A stretch of DNA of 64,000 nt from Methyloceanibacter sp. Lineage in GTDB: Bacteria; Pseudomonadota; Alphaproteobacteria; Rhizobiales; Methyloligellaceae. Both the position numbers and the translations under genes were made by a program. Of the stretch, positions 40,482 to 49,990 are shown in pieces. The notes under the pieces were generated by a model that was given only the letters and a program-made list of their open reading frames with translations, searched no databases and was not told the origin of the DNA. Positions within the stretch are counted from its first letter, which is position 1. Each line of letters opens with the position of its first letter. Where the stretch lies: assembly GCA_035557335.1 (NCBI GenBank), contig DATMDY010000093.1, positions 4,194-68,193 of the forward strand, written 5' to 3'.

Positions 40482-40495
40482 TTGAGGAAAATCAA
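40482..40495. promoter_or_regulatory. FixK/FNR-type box upstream of first xoxF
   Basis: TTGAG-GAAA-ATCAA, ~450 nt upstream of the xoxF start. Confidence 0.45.
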
Positions 40496-40946
40496 GCCGG
40501 CCATAGCCCACGCGGAGAGCATGAGACATTTGGCATTGCGGCGCAAAAAGCGTTGCTGCGCCTCGTTCTCACCGGGTCCTGCCCAGACTTCTTCGTGAAG
40601 TTCATCCCGCTTCGATTGCAAAGACTCGGCATAAACAGCCGGGACTCTTTTGCATCAAGATCGCCGCTTGGTGCCGCGATATCGCCGATCACGTGCTGGC
40701 AAGGTGTGGAAACTCTAGCAGCGTCTCTTCGGCTAGTTTCACCGCGTCGAGACTAACTGAAGGCGCTCGGGAGATTGGTACGCGCGGCTGGTTCATCTGC
40801 ATCGGCCAGCGACAGGTCCTAACTGTCGTTCCGCTCACCGCCATTCTGCCGAACGAACTTAGCGTCCCGGCGCGCTGCCAGGCAGGGGCTCAACAACGCC
40901 TGCGGCGTCCAAACAAGGCCCCATCTCCAAGCTCTGGGAGGAGCAA

Positions 40947-42878
40947 GTGATGAAATATGGAATGTTTGGTTTGCTTACGGGTGGCCTGGTTGCTGCCCTG
41001 TTTGCCCTGTCGGGCCCTGCCGTCGCTGCTGATAGCGCGTCGGCCGAGATCGACAAGCGGGCGGAAGACCCCAATCAGTGGCCGGCCCCCGGCCGCGACA
41101 ACAGGCTCACGCGCCACAGCACGTTGAGCGACATCAACGCCAAGACCGTCAAGAACCTGAACTTCATCTGGTCGCAGTCGATGAACTCGCTGCGCGGCCA
41201 GGAAGGCCAGCCTGTGGTCGTCGATGCCGATGGCACACCGATGATGTTCTTCGTCTCGGGCTGCCCGAGCATGGCGCTCTGTAACTGGGTCCAGGCCTTG
41301 GACCTCACCGATCCGGACAATCCGAGGGAGGTCTGGAACTATGTGAAGAAGACCGACCGCGACGAGTCCGCCATTCCGCGCGCTTGCTGCGACACGGTCA
41401 ACCGCGGCCTGAACTACGCCAAGGGCCGGGTGATCTTACATACGCTCGACGGCTTCATTATCGCGCTCGATGCGAAGACCGGCCAGGAGCTGTGGACCGT
41501 CAAGCATGCCTGGCCCGAGAAGGGCGAGACACATACCGGCCCGACCCTGATCGCCGAGAATCTGGTGATTGGCGGTTTCGGCGGTGACGAATTCGCCGCA
41601 CGTGGCCGACTGACCGCCTATAACATCGACACCGGCGAGCTAGTGTGGAGCTGCCATTCGACCGGCTCCGACAAGGACGTCTGCTTAACGCCCGATAGTA
41701 ATAAGGCCAACCCGCATTTCGGGACTTATGGTCAGGATCTTGGCATCAAGACCTATCCGCCGGACGAGTGGAAGATCGGCGGCGGCGCGCCATGGGCGTG
41801 GTTCAGCTACGATCCCGAACTGAAGATGATCTATGCCTCGACCGGTAACCCCGGTCACTGGAGCCCCGGCCTTCGCTGTGCCTTCACGGGCGAAAACCAT
41901 ACCCACGAGAAGTGCAACGAATACGATGAAACGATCGGTTCCGGCAAATACGACAACAAGTGGTCGATGACCATCTTCGGCCGCAAGGTCGATACTGGTG
42001 AGGTGGTGTTCGCCTACCAGATGACCCCGTTCGATCAGTGGGACTATGACGGTGTCAACGAGAACATCCTCGTCGACATGGAAGTGGACGGAAAACCACG
42101 CAAGACGCTCGCGCACTTCGACCGCAATGGCTTCGCCTATGTGCTCGACCGCACCGACGGCACACTGCTCCGCGCCAACAAGTTCGTGACCGTGGACTGG
42201 GCCGAGAAGGTCGACCTCAAGACCGGCCGTCCGATCAAGGTGAAGGCGCACTCTCCGTTCTTGATTGGTGTGAACACGCCGTCTTGCCCGTCGGCCATGG
42301 GCGGCAAGGATCAGCAGCCTTGCGCTGTCGATCCCAAGGATCCGGCTAACTTCTACTGCCCCACCAACAACTGGTGCATGGAAGACGAGCCGCAGGAGCG
42401 CACGCATACGCAGCAAGGCACGGTGTACGTGTTTGCCAACGTGTTCATGTATCCTGAGAAACCAGGCATCACCGGCAAGTTTAAGAAGTTCAACGTGCTG
42501 ACCGGTGACACCGTGTGGGAAATCCCGGATCCATATCCGAACTGGGGCGGCGCCCTGGTGACCGATGGCGGTCTGGTGTTCTACGGCAGCCTCAACGGCG
42601 ACTTCCGCGCCGTGGACCGCGACTCCGGCAAGATCCTGTGGAGCCGCAGGCTTGGTTCCGGCATCATCGGCAACCCCATCACCTACAAGGTGAAAGGCAA
42701 GCAGTATGTGTCGGTGCACTCGGGCATCGGCGGCTGGATCGGCCTGCCGGTAACCGCCGGCTTGGACTTGAATGACAAGTTCGGCGCCATCGGTGCCACG
42801 GCGATGGCCAAGGCTGCGGGGCTCAACCTGATCCCGCAGGGTGCCAACGTCTACACATTTAGACTCTCCTCTGACTAG
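40947..42878 (+). CDS. xoxF: Lanthanide-dependent PQQ methanol dehydrogenase, XoxF1-like, copy A
   Basis: ACCDTVNRG, GGDEFAARG, PFDQWDYDGVNE (D-Y-D lanthanide signature, 42042-42050), HFDRNGFAY, CPSAMGGKDQQP. Confidence 0.9.
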   Translation: MMKYGMFGLLTGGLVAALFALSGPAVAADSASAEIDKRAEDPNQWPAPGRDNRLTRHSTLSDINAKTVKNLNFIWSQSMNSLRGQEGQPVVVDADGTPMMFFVSGCPSMALCNWVQALDLTDPDNPREVWNYVKKTDRDESAIPRACCDTVNRGLNYAKGRVILHTLDGFIIALDAKTGQELWTVKHAWPEKGETHTGPTLIAENLVIGGFGGDEFAARGRLTAYNIDTGELVWSCHSTGSDKDVCLTPDSNKANPHFGTYGQDLGIKTYPPDEWKIGGGAPWAWFSYDPELKMIYASTGNPGHWSPGLRCAFTGENHTHEKCNEYDETIGSGKYDNKWSMTIFGRKVDTGEVVFAYQMTPFDQWDYDGVNENILVDMEVDGKPRKTLAHFDRNGFAYVLDRTDGTLLRANKFVTVDWAEKVDLKTGRPIKVKAHSPFLIGVNTPSCPSAMGGKDQQPCAVDPKDPANFYCPTNNWCMEDEPQERTHTQQGTVYVFANVFMYPEKPGITGKFKKFNVLTGDTVWEIPDPYPNWGGALVTDGGLVFYGSLNGDFRAVDRDSGKILWSRRLGSGIIGNPITYKVKGKQYVSVHSGIGGWIGLPVTAGLDLNDKFGAIGATAMAKAAGLNLIPQGANVYTFRLSSD

Positions 42879-42939
42879 CTGCTGCTAGTCAAACGACGCC
42901 AGGTGCGGAAGGCCACCGCATCTGGCGTCTCCCTTTTTT
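42872..42939 (+). terminator. Double hairpin / intrinsic terminator after xoxF copy A
   Basis: TGACTAGC-TGCT-GCTAGTCA over the stop codon, then GACGCCAGGTGCGG-N7-CCGCATCTGGCGTC and CCCTTTTTT. Confidence 0.75.
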
Positions 42940-42990
42940 CCGGAGAGCCGGACAACCGAGAGATCTGCAAGAATCCCGGAGTGAAGTAAC

Positions 42991-44859
42991 GTGAGAGTGC
43001 TTAGTGCGGGCCTGCTCGCGCTCTTATTCTTAAGCGCGACCTGCGCGAATTTTCCGGCCGTAGCGGCCGAGCCTGGCGGCGTCGAGCCCAAAGGCTACGA
43101 CACCAGCAAGACCTTCGATGAGCTGACCCACGCCGAGAAGACCGCGGCGAAGTATGCCTCGCGCAAGAAGAAGCTTCTGTCGCTCCGTGTCTGCGCCGAT
43201 CCCGGCAACATGCCGATGTCCAGCAGCAAGGGGGAAGGCTACCAGAACAAGATCATCGAGACCTTGGCCCGCGCCATGGACACCAAGGTCGTCTATTTCT
43301 GGCGGCCTTATCTCGAGCGCGGCCTTACGCGCGAAACCTTCGCCAACGACGAATGTGACGTCTTGCTCGATCTGCCAGTGGACTATCAGGGCGCGCTGAC
43401 CACCGTGCCTATCTATCGCACCGCTTACGTTTTCGCCACCCGCGAGGGTGACGATCTCGTTTTCGAGTCTTTCGACGATCCCAGGCTTAAGCAGCTCCGT
43501 ATCGGCACGTTCCAGCACTCGGGTATCAGGGCGGTGCTGGCCAAGCACGGCGTTCGAAACGTCAAAGTTCATGTCATCAGTCACGACGCCGACCTTTCGC
43601 CCGAGAAGCAGCCCTGGCGTCAGGTACAAGAAGTGGTGGACGGTAAGCTCGACGTAGCCGCGGTGTGGGGCCCATTCGCGGGCTACGTCGAAAAGGTGCG
43701 GGGCGAGCCGATCACCATCCAGCCGGTCAACCTCCTGGACGACGAGGTGCCGCTCGAATTCGATCTCGCCATAGGCATGCGCGACACCGACGTGGTGCTG
43801 AAATACAAGCTCGAAGACGCACTCGAAGCGACCAAGGACGAGATCAAGCAGATCCTCGAAGATCATGGTGTGCCGCTGGTCCAATGCAGCAAATGCGTCA
43901 TCACCGGCGACATCCCCTCGCATGGCAGCTTCTTCACCGACAAGCAGGAAGTGGCGCGCCGCATCTATCTCGAAGCCCTTCCGGACGAGCGCACGCAAAT
44001 AAATAAAGAGACGGCGACCAAGGACCAGATCGTCACGGCGGAACGCCTCGACGATTGGCTGAAAGAAGGTGCCGACCTCAATCAGGAACTCGCCAACGCC
44101 ATTCTCGCCTCCGATAGAGCGCGTGTCGAAATCCTGCTCGGCAAGGGCGCCGACATCGACAAGCGTAATCAGCAAGGCTATCCGCCACTGCACATGGCGG
44201 CTCGTCAGCGCGACTCCGACATGCTGGCGTTCCTCGTCGACAAGGGCGCCGATCTGAACTCGACCGACAATGACGGCTGGACGCCGCTCGCGCACGCCGC
44301 CTACCGCAATCATGTCCCTTCGATCGGGGTGCTGGTAGCCGGCGGCGCCGACGTGGAAAAGGGGCCTTTAAACTTCACCCCTCTATCGATCGCCATTTCC
44401 GAGGGCAAGTTCTTCGCGGCCAAGGCGCTCATCGACTTGGGCGCTGAGGTCAACACGGTCTCCGGCGCCGACCGCCTCACGCCCTTGATGCTGATCGCCT
44501 CGCAGCGCCAAGTGGACCAGCGTGCCGCGAGCGTCCACCAGGGCGTGAGCTCGGTCGATCTCGCGCGCATCCTGATCGCCAAAGGCGCCGATGTGAACGC
44601 CACCAGCAGCAAGGGCGTGACCCCGCTGATGGTCGCCGCGGCCCACGACAACCCGCCGCTGATGGGCGTGCTGGTCCAATCCGGCGCCGACATTGATGCC
44701 AAGACGCCGGCCGGCAAGACCGCGCTCGACATCGCCAAAGACAACCAGAACGCGGGCGCCATCCAGCAGATCGAGGTTCTCCGCCGCGCCGAAGCCAAAC
44801 GCGGCACGCTAGACATCAAGACGCCGGCGGCTGCCAGGCAACCTACTGTCGGTCAATGA
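42991..44859 (+). CDS. xoxJ: XoxJ/MxaJ-type binding protein fused to ankyrin repeats, copy A
   Basis: LRVCADPGNMP, YRTAYVF, AVWGPFAGY, then ankyrin repeats (GYPPLHMAA, GWTPLAHAA, GVTPLMVAA, GKTALDIA). Confidence 0.82.
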   Translation: MRVLSAGLLALLFLSATCANFPAVAAEPGGVEPKGYDTSKTFDELTHAEKTAAKYASRKKKLLSLRVCADPGNMPMSSSKGEGYQNKIIETLARAMDTKVVYFWRPYLERGLTRETFANDECDVLLDLPVDYQGALTTVPIYRTAYVFATREGDDLVFESFDDPRLKQLRIGTFQHSGIRAVLAKHGVRNVKVHVISHDADLSPEKQPWRQVQEVVDGKLDVAAVWGPFAGYVEKVRGEPITIQPVNLLDDEVPLEFDLAIGMRDTDVVLKYKLEDALEATKDEIKQILEDHGVPLVQCSKCVITGDIPSHGSFFTDKQEVARRIYLEALPDERTQINKETATKDQIVTAERLDDWLKEGADLNQELANAILASDRARVEILLGKGADIDKRNQQGYPPLHMAARQRDSDMLAFLVDKGADLNSTDNDGWTPLAHAAYRNHVPSIGVLVAGGADVEKGPLNFTPLSIAISEGKFFAAKALIDLGAEVNTVSGADRLTPLMLIASQRQVDQRAASVHQGVSSVDLARILIAKGADVNATSSKGVTPLMVAAAHDNPPLMGVLVQSGADIDAKTPAGKTALDIAKDNQNAGAIQQIEVLRRAEAKRGTLDIKTPAAARQPTVGQ

Positions 44860-46100
44860 GGCTCCGCGTCCTATGGCCGGAGCGGGGACGGCTCGGTTTC
44901 TTGACCGTGGCAGCCACGTTTTTCGCCGGGATGGCCATGGCGCAATCCGAGAGAGGAATGGTCACGCCAGGGCCTGCCGAAAAGGTGAGCGTGATCTATC
45001 TCGGCAAGGCCTATGAGGAGCCGCCGCCTCTGTCGCTGTTGGAGAAGATTCTCACCGACGAAGGCCTAGCCGGGGCCCGGCTTGGCGTCAGGGACAACAA
45101 CACCACCGGGAGGTTCCTCAATCAGGAATTCGTGCTCGACGAGCAGATCGTCCCGGCCGATGGCGACGTTGCGGCCAAGGCCAAGGAGATTCTGGCGAAG
45201 GGCGATGCCCTGATCGTCGTCGATCTCGAGCCCGACGATCTCCTTGCCGTCGCCGACCTTCCCGAGGCCAAGGGTTCGCTGATCCTCAATATCCGCTCGA
45301 GCCGTGACGAGCTGCGCGAGGAGAATTGCCGGGCGAATTTGTTCCATATCCTGCCGAGCTTCGCCATGCGGGCCGACGCGCTGGCGCAATATCTGATTTG
45401 GAAGAGATGGTCTCGCTGGTTCCTGATCAAGGGCAAGACGCCGGATGACGCAGCTTATGCCGAAGCCGTCAAGCGGGCCGCAAAGCGGTTTGGTGGCAGG
45501 GTGGTCGAGGAACGCACCTATAAATTCGATGCCGGCCATCGCCGTACCGATTCAGGCCATCAGCAAATCCAGACCCAGATGCCGGAGCTAACGCAAGGCG
45601 CCGAGAATCACGATGTGATCTGGGTGGCCGATGTCGGCGAGGCCTTCGGCGATTATCTGCTGTTCCGCACCTACGAGCCTGACCCGGTGGTCGGCACGCA
45701 AGGCCTGGTCGCCTCCGCCTGGCACCGCGCCTATGAGCAATATGCCGGCACCCAGCTCCAGCATGCCTTCGAAGAATTCGCGCACCGCATAATGACCGAG
45801 CGCGACTACGCCGCGTGGCTCGCCCTTCGCGTGTTCGGCGAGGCGGCGACGCGCACGCGAAAGACCGATCTGCCGTCCTTGCGGGAATACATCTTGTCGG
45901 ACCGCTTCAAGGTCGCTGGCTTCAAGGGGCAGCAAATGACCTTTCGCGATTGGGACCATCAGCTTCGCCAGCCGATCCTGATCGCAGGTCCCCGCGCGCT
46001 CGTCTCCATATCGCCGCAGGAGGGATTCCTGCACGAGAAATTTCCCACCGACACGCTCGGCATCGACAAGCCCGAGAGCAAATGCCGCTTTCCCCAATGA
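44856..46100 (+). CDS. PQQ-system ABC substrate-binding protein (branched-chain SBP fold), copy A
   Basis: GARLGVRDNNTTGRFL, MRADALAQYL, DFGDY-like, FRDWDHQLRQP, SPQEGFLH, DTLGIDKPESKC. Confidence 0.85.
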   Translation: MRLRVLWPERGRLGFLTVAATFFAGMAMAQSERGMVTPGPAEKVSVIYLGKAYEEPPPLSLLEKILTDEGLAGARLGVRDNNTTGRFLNQEFVLDEQIVPADGDVAAKAKEILAKGDALIVVDLEPDDLLAVADLPEAKGSLILNIRSSRDELREENCRANLFHILPSFAMRADALAQYLIWKRWSRWFLIKGKTPDDAAYAEAVKRAAKRFGGRVVEERTYKFDAGHRRTDSGHQQIQTQMPELTQGAENHDVIWVADVGEAFGDYLLFRTYEPDPVVGTQGLVASAWHRAYEQYAGTQLQHAFEEFAHRIMTERDYAAWLALRVFGEAATRTRKTDLPSLREYILSDRFKVAGFKGQQMTFRDWDHQLRQPILIAGPRALVSISPQEGFLHEKFPTDTLGIDKPESKCRFPQ

Positions 46101-47104
46101 CCATGCCTAACCGACACAACCACGGTATGACGATGAGATACACAATTGCTGTTGCCTTGCTTGCGAGCTTCCTCGCGCTTCCGACCGATGAAGCGCTTTC
46201 AGCCACCATCTTCGTCAGTAATGAACGGGACAACACTGTCACCGTGGTCGACAGCGAAACGTTGGAGATCATCAAGACCATCAAGGTCGGCCGCCGCCCG
46301 CGGGGCATCATCATGTCGCCCGATTACAAGGAAGTGTTCGTGGCGCTCGGCGACGACGAAAAGATCGGGGTCATCGACACGGCAACGCTGGAAGTGTCGC
46401 GCTTGATCGACTCGGGCCCCGATCCAGAACTGCTCGACATCGATCCGAAGGGCGAGCGCATCTATATCGCCAACGAGGACGACGCCATGGTCACCGTGGT
46501 CGACCGCAAGACCGGCGAGACTTTGGGCGAGGTCGCCGTGGGGCTCGAGCCCGAAGGCATGCGCGTCAGTCCCGATGCGCGCATCACCGTCGCCACCTCG
46601 GAGACCACCAGCATGGCGCATTTCATCGACAATGCCACCTTGGAGTTGCTCGCCAACGTGCTGGTCGATACCAGGCCGCGCGAGGCGACCTTCGTTCCGG
46701 ATGGCAGTACGGTGTGGGTCTCGGCGGAGATCGGCGGCACCGTTTCCGTGATCGACGCCAAGACCTTCGAGATCCTGAAAGTCATCGGCTTCGAAATTCC
46801 CGGCATCCCGGCCGAGCTGATCCAGCCCATGGGCATCGACTTCACCAAGGACGGCAAGCTCGCCTTCGTGGCTCTCGGGCCGGCCAACCGCGTGGCGGTC
46901 ATCGACACCGGCACCTACGAGGTGAAGCAATACATCCTAGTCGGGCAGAGGCCCTGGCACCAGGAGCTCGATCCCGAAGGCAAGAAGGTCTACGTCGCCA
47001 ACGGCCTTACCAACGACATGACGGTGATCGATGTGGCGACGCTGAAGGCCGAGAAATCGGTACCGGTCGGACGCCTGCCTTGGGGCGTCGCAATCATGCC
47101 ATGA
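46097..47104 (+). CDS. PQQ-catabolism-associated YVTN beta-propeller, copy A
   Basis: FVSNERDNT, GRRPRGI, SGPDPE, YIANEDD, SETTSMAH, GPANRVAV, PWGV. Confidence 0.88.
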   Translation: MTMPNRHNHGMTMRYTIAVALLASFLALPTDEALSATIFVSNERDNTVTVVDSETLEIIKTIKVGRRPRGIIMSPDYKEVFVALGDDEKIGVIDTATLEVSRLIDSGPDPELLDIDPKGERIYIANEDDAMVTVVDRKTGETLGEVAVGLEPEGMRVSPDARITVATSETTSMAHFIDNATLELLANVLVDTRPREATFVPDGSTVWVSAEIGGTVSVIDAKTFEILKVIGFEIPGIPAELIQPMGIDFTKDGKLAFVALGPANRVAVIDTGTYEVKQYILVGQRPWHQELDPEGKKVYVANGLTNDMTVIDVATLKAEKSVPVGRLPWGVAIMP

Positions 47105-47488
47105 CTTATTCTCTCGTACTTTTGGCGCGGCCTGACGAAAACGGGCCTCAATGCCGCAATTGGCCGGCTAGTTTCATCAAAACTCCAGCCATAAAAAGAG
47201 GGGAGTGGCCAAAGCCGTAGCCCCATTCCACGACTAGGTCTCTCGCCGTCGTCCTAATTGTGGTCGGGAAGATGTGGCAACCGTATTACCAGGCTTGCCA
47301 TTGCCATTTGACGACTTCCGACATGCACTGCTTCTTTTCGCGACTCCCTATGCCAAAGCTTGCAATAAGTGACATATGGAATGCCGGAAACGGGGAGACT
47401 CGGAACCGTCCAAGAGAAGAAAACTAGCGCTTGCATTGCCCCTCTAGCGGCCGTGTGAGGCGCTTATCGTTGCGGAGACTATCGGAGC

Positions 47489-48931
47489 GTGCTGCAAAAG
47501 CTTTGGTATGACCGGCCGGTCAGAACCCAACTTCTCATCGCGGTGGGAGTGATCAATCTGCTCGCCGCTTTGCTTGCTGGCGCGGTTTCGATCCTCAACA
47601 CCCGCACGGCTACGCGGGTCGAGATGGAAGCCTCGCTGGAAGTGGCGCAGCGCTTCGTCGCCGCGACTCTGAAAGATCTGGCCGCGGAGGGACGGCTCAG
47701 GCAGCTCAATCAGGAACTGCCGCTGCAGCTCAAGCATTTGCGCCATGTCCGCATCATGTACATGGACGATCTCGGCCAACTCACGATGGTGTCGCCGCAG
47801 CCGGACGTCGCCTCGGCCGAGCCAAAGCCTTACGTGCCGGGTTGGTTCGCTGCGCTGGTGAGGCCACAGCTCCCCGATCGCGCCGTTAAAGTAGTCACGG
47901 CGGAGCAGGCCAATCCCATCGTCATCGTCGGCGAGCCCTCCGACGAAATCGCCGAGGCGTGGCAGGACTTTTCCGCCCTCGCCATTGTGTGGCTCTCGCT
48001 CAATGCGCTGATCCTCGCCGTTCTCTATGTGGTGCTCGGCCGGGTGCTCGATCCGCTCGCGCATCTCTCCAAGGGCATGCTCAATCTCGAAGACGGTCAT
48101 TACGGCACACGGCTCGAGCCGCCAAAGGTGAAGGAGCTTGCCGTCATCACCGAACGTTTCAACACGCTTGCCGGCGCGCTCGATACGGCGCGCGATGAGA
48201 ACAGCCGGCTTTATCGCCAGCTCATCACCGTGCAAGAGCAAGAACGGCGCGCCATCGCCGACGAGCTGCACGACGAGGCGGGACCGTGCCTGTTCGGCAT
48301 CACCGCCAATGCCTCATCGATCCAGAACCTCGTCGATCAGTTGCCCGATGAGCGCACCGGCGAAATTTCCCGCCGCGTCGGCGAGATACTATCGATTGCC
48401 GAGCGGCTGAAGACCATGAACCGGGCGCTGCTCAAGAAGCTCCGGCCAGGCCCGCTCGGCCGGGTCAAGCTCTCAGAGCTTCTCAAAGAGCTGGTTGCCG
48501 GGTTCGAGCGCCGCCATCCCGATACGCAGATTCTCATTACCGTTGGCGATCTTGCCACCTCTTATGGGGAAGCGATCGATCTCACGGTTTACCGCTGCAT
48601 TCAGGAGAGCATCACCAACGCCATCCGGCATGGCAAGGCGGCCAGCATCGCCATCGATCTTGGCGAGGAGCCGGTGTCCGGCCGCAACGGCGGCAAGCGG
48701 CCTCCGACCCGGCTGTGCTTGACTGTTAACGATGACGGCAAAGGAATCGCACCCACCACGCCGAAGGGCTTCGGCTTGACCACCATGACCGAGCGTGTGC
48801 GCTCGCATGGCGGGTCTTGTGTCATCGACAGCACGCCGTCGGAGGGGACGACGATCCGCGTGGAGATTCCAGTGCAGAAAGCAAGCGTCGAGCGTGCAAG
48901 GAAGCCTGAGCTGGTTGGGGAGATGTCATGA
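47489..48931 (+). CDS. HisKA_3 sensor histidine kinase (MxcQ/MoxY-like), copy 2
   Basis: Paralog of 22317-23885: LQKLWYDR.VRTQLLIAVG, LRHVRI, EPSDEIAEAW, ELHDEAGPCLFGI. Confidence 0.9.
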   Translation: MLQKLWYDRPVRTQLLIAVGVINLLAALLAGAVSILNTRTATRVEMEASLEVAQRFVAATLKDLAAEGRLRQLNQELPLQLKHLRHVRIMYMDDLGQLTMVSPQPDVASAEPKPYVPGWFAALVRPQLPDRAVKVVTAEQANPIVIVGEPSDEIAEAWQDFSALAIVWLSLNALILAVLYVVLGRVLDPLAHLSKGMLNLEDGHYGTRLEPPKVKELAVITERFNTLAGALDTARDENSRLYRQLITVQEQERRAIADELHDEAGPCLFGITANASSIQNLVDQLPDERTGEISRRVGEILSIAERLKTMNRALLKKLRPGPLGRVKLSELLKELVAGFERRHPDTQILITVGDLATSYGEAIDLTVYRCIQESITNAIRHGKAASIAIDLGEEPVSGRNGGKRPPTRLCLTVNDDGKGIAPTTPKGFGLTTMTERVRSHGGSCVIDSTPSEGTTIRVEIPVQKASVERARKPELVGEMS

Positions 48932-49578
48932 CCCGCGTTCTCGTCATCGACGATCATCCGATCGTGCTGCAAGGCTGCCGTCAGTTGCTCGAGGATGCCG
49001 GAGTGGAGCAGATCGTTCAGGCGGAAAGCCTGGCGGACGGCTTTCGGCTCTATCGCACGCAGAAGCCCGACGTCATCATCGTCGATCTCGCCATGCGCAC
49101 CGGCGCGCTCGGCGGCCTCTCCTTCATTCGCCGGCTTCGCCTGCACGATCAGAAAACCCCGATCCTGGTCTTCACCATGCACTCCGATCCGGTGATTGTG
49201 AGCCGCGCGCTTGAAGTGGGAGCGACCGGCTATGTGCTGAAGGACACTTCCTCCGACGAGGTGCTCAAGGCGTTCCAGAAGGTCCGCGAGAACCGGCCCT
49301 ATCTCAGTCACGACCTCGCCTCCGAGGTCGCTTTCATGGAGGCGAGGGGAACCACCAATCCGCTGCGGCGCATGACCGTGCGCGAGCTGCAGACGCTGGC
49401 TCTGGTGGCCGAGGGTAAGCCCTACGGCGTCATCGCCGAGCATCTGCATGTGAGCTACAAGACGGTGGCTAACACCTGCACCCAGCTCAAGGCGAAGCTC
49501 GGTGTGCGGACCTTGCCGGAGCTGATGCGCATCGCCATTCAGCACCTCCCTTCCTCTGCCACCAAGACGCCGCGTTAA
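48928..49578 (+). CDS. NarL/LuxR-family response regulator (MxcE/MoxX-like), copy 2
   Basis: Paralog of 21663-22316 with an identical KPDVIIVDLAMRTGALGGLSFIRRLRLHD block. Confidence 0.9.
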   Translation: MTRVLVIDDHPIVLQGCRQLLEDAGVEQIVQAESLADGFRLYRTQKPDVIIVDLAMRTGALGGLSFIRRLRLHDQKTPILVFTMHSDPVIVSRALEVGATGYVLKDTSSDEVLKAFQKVRENRPYLSHDLASEVAFMEARGTTNPLRRMTVRELQTLALVAEGKPYGVIAEHLHVSYKTVANTCTQLKAKLGVRTLPELMRIAIQHLPSSATKTPR

Positions 49579-49690
49579 TAATCCCCTGTCGGCGTTGCCG
49601 GCAATGACTTGCAGAGTGCATTCGAGAGAGCGCGCCATATGCATTTGTCATTTTCTGCCTGGGAACTTTTGCAAGTCTGCATGGATAATC

Positions 49691-49710
49691 TGGCAAGTTA
49701 GCGGCTGCCG
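49691..49710. promoter_or_regulatory. TGGCA-N10-TGCCR palindrome upstream of xoxF copy B
   Basis: TGGCAagttagcggcTGCCG, then TTTCCA; counterpart at 52244-52263 at nearly the same distance from the conserved leader. Confidence 0.5.
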
Positions 49711-49739
49711 CTTTCCAACGATAATGCGATAACGCCCGA

Positions 49740-49990
49740 CTCATACTCTGCGATAGGTTTTCCTCCATCAGGCATCACGACGATGAGTAACGGAGGACCT
49801 GCCGCGAGAACCGGCGCGAAGTGGCCTCGATTGCTTCGGCGTTTCTAACAGCAGCCTCTCATATCCAAGTGATCGCTTGAAAACTGGCAAGAGCGCCGGG
49901 GTTCTCTTGGCAATCGCCACGGCATCCGCAGCTCTTGAAACAATGCTCAGCTCTTTCGGTGAACTGAGTAGCTAGGGAGAGGAGAACGAC
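49740..49990 (+). ncRNA. Candidate structured cis-regulatory 5' leader of xoxF copy B
   Basis: Block-wise conserved with 52292-52557; several hairpins retained despite substitutions. Confidence 0.45.

Noticed and set aside
21663-49578. Inverted TCS paralogs as ends of an invertible segment
   Set aside because: Identity is patchy with many silent differences, and no recombinase or precise terminal repeats were seen.
49691-49710. TGGCA motif as a sigma-54 -24/-12 promoter
   Set aside because: No TTGC at -12 in copy B, and the GC spacing fails in copy C; a palindromic operator fits better.
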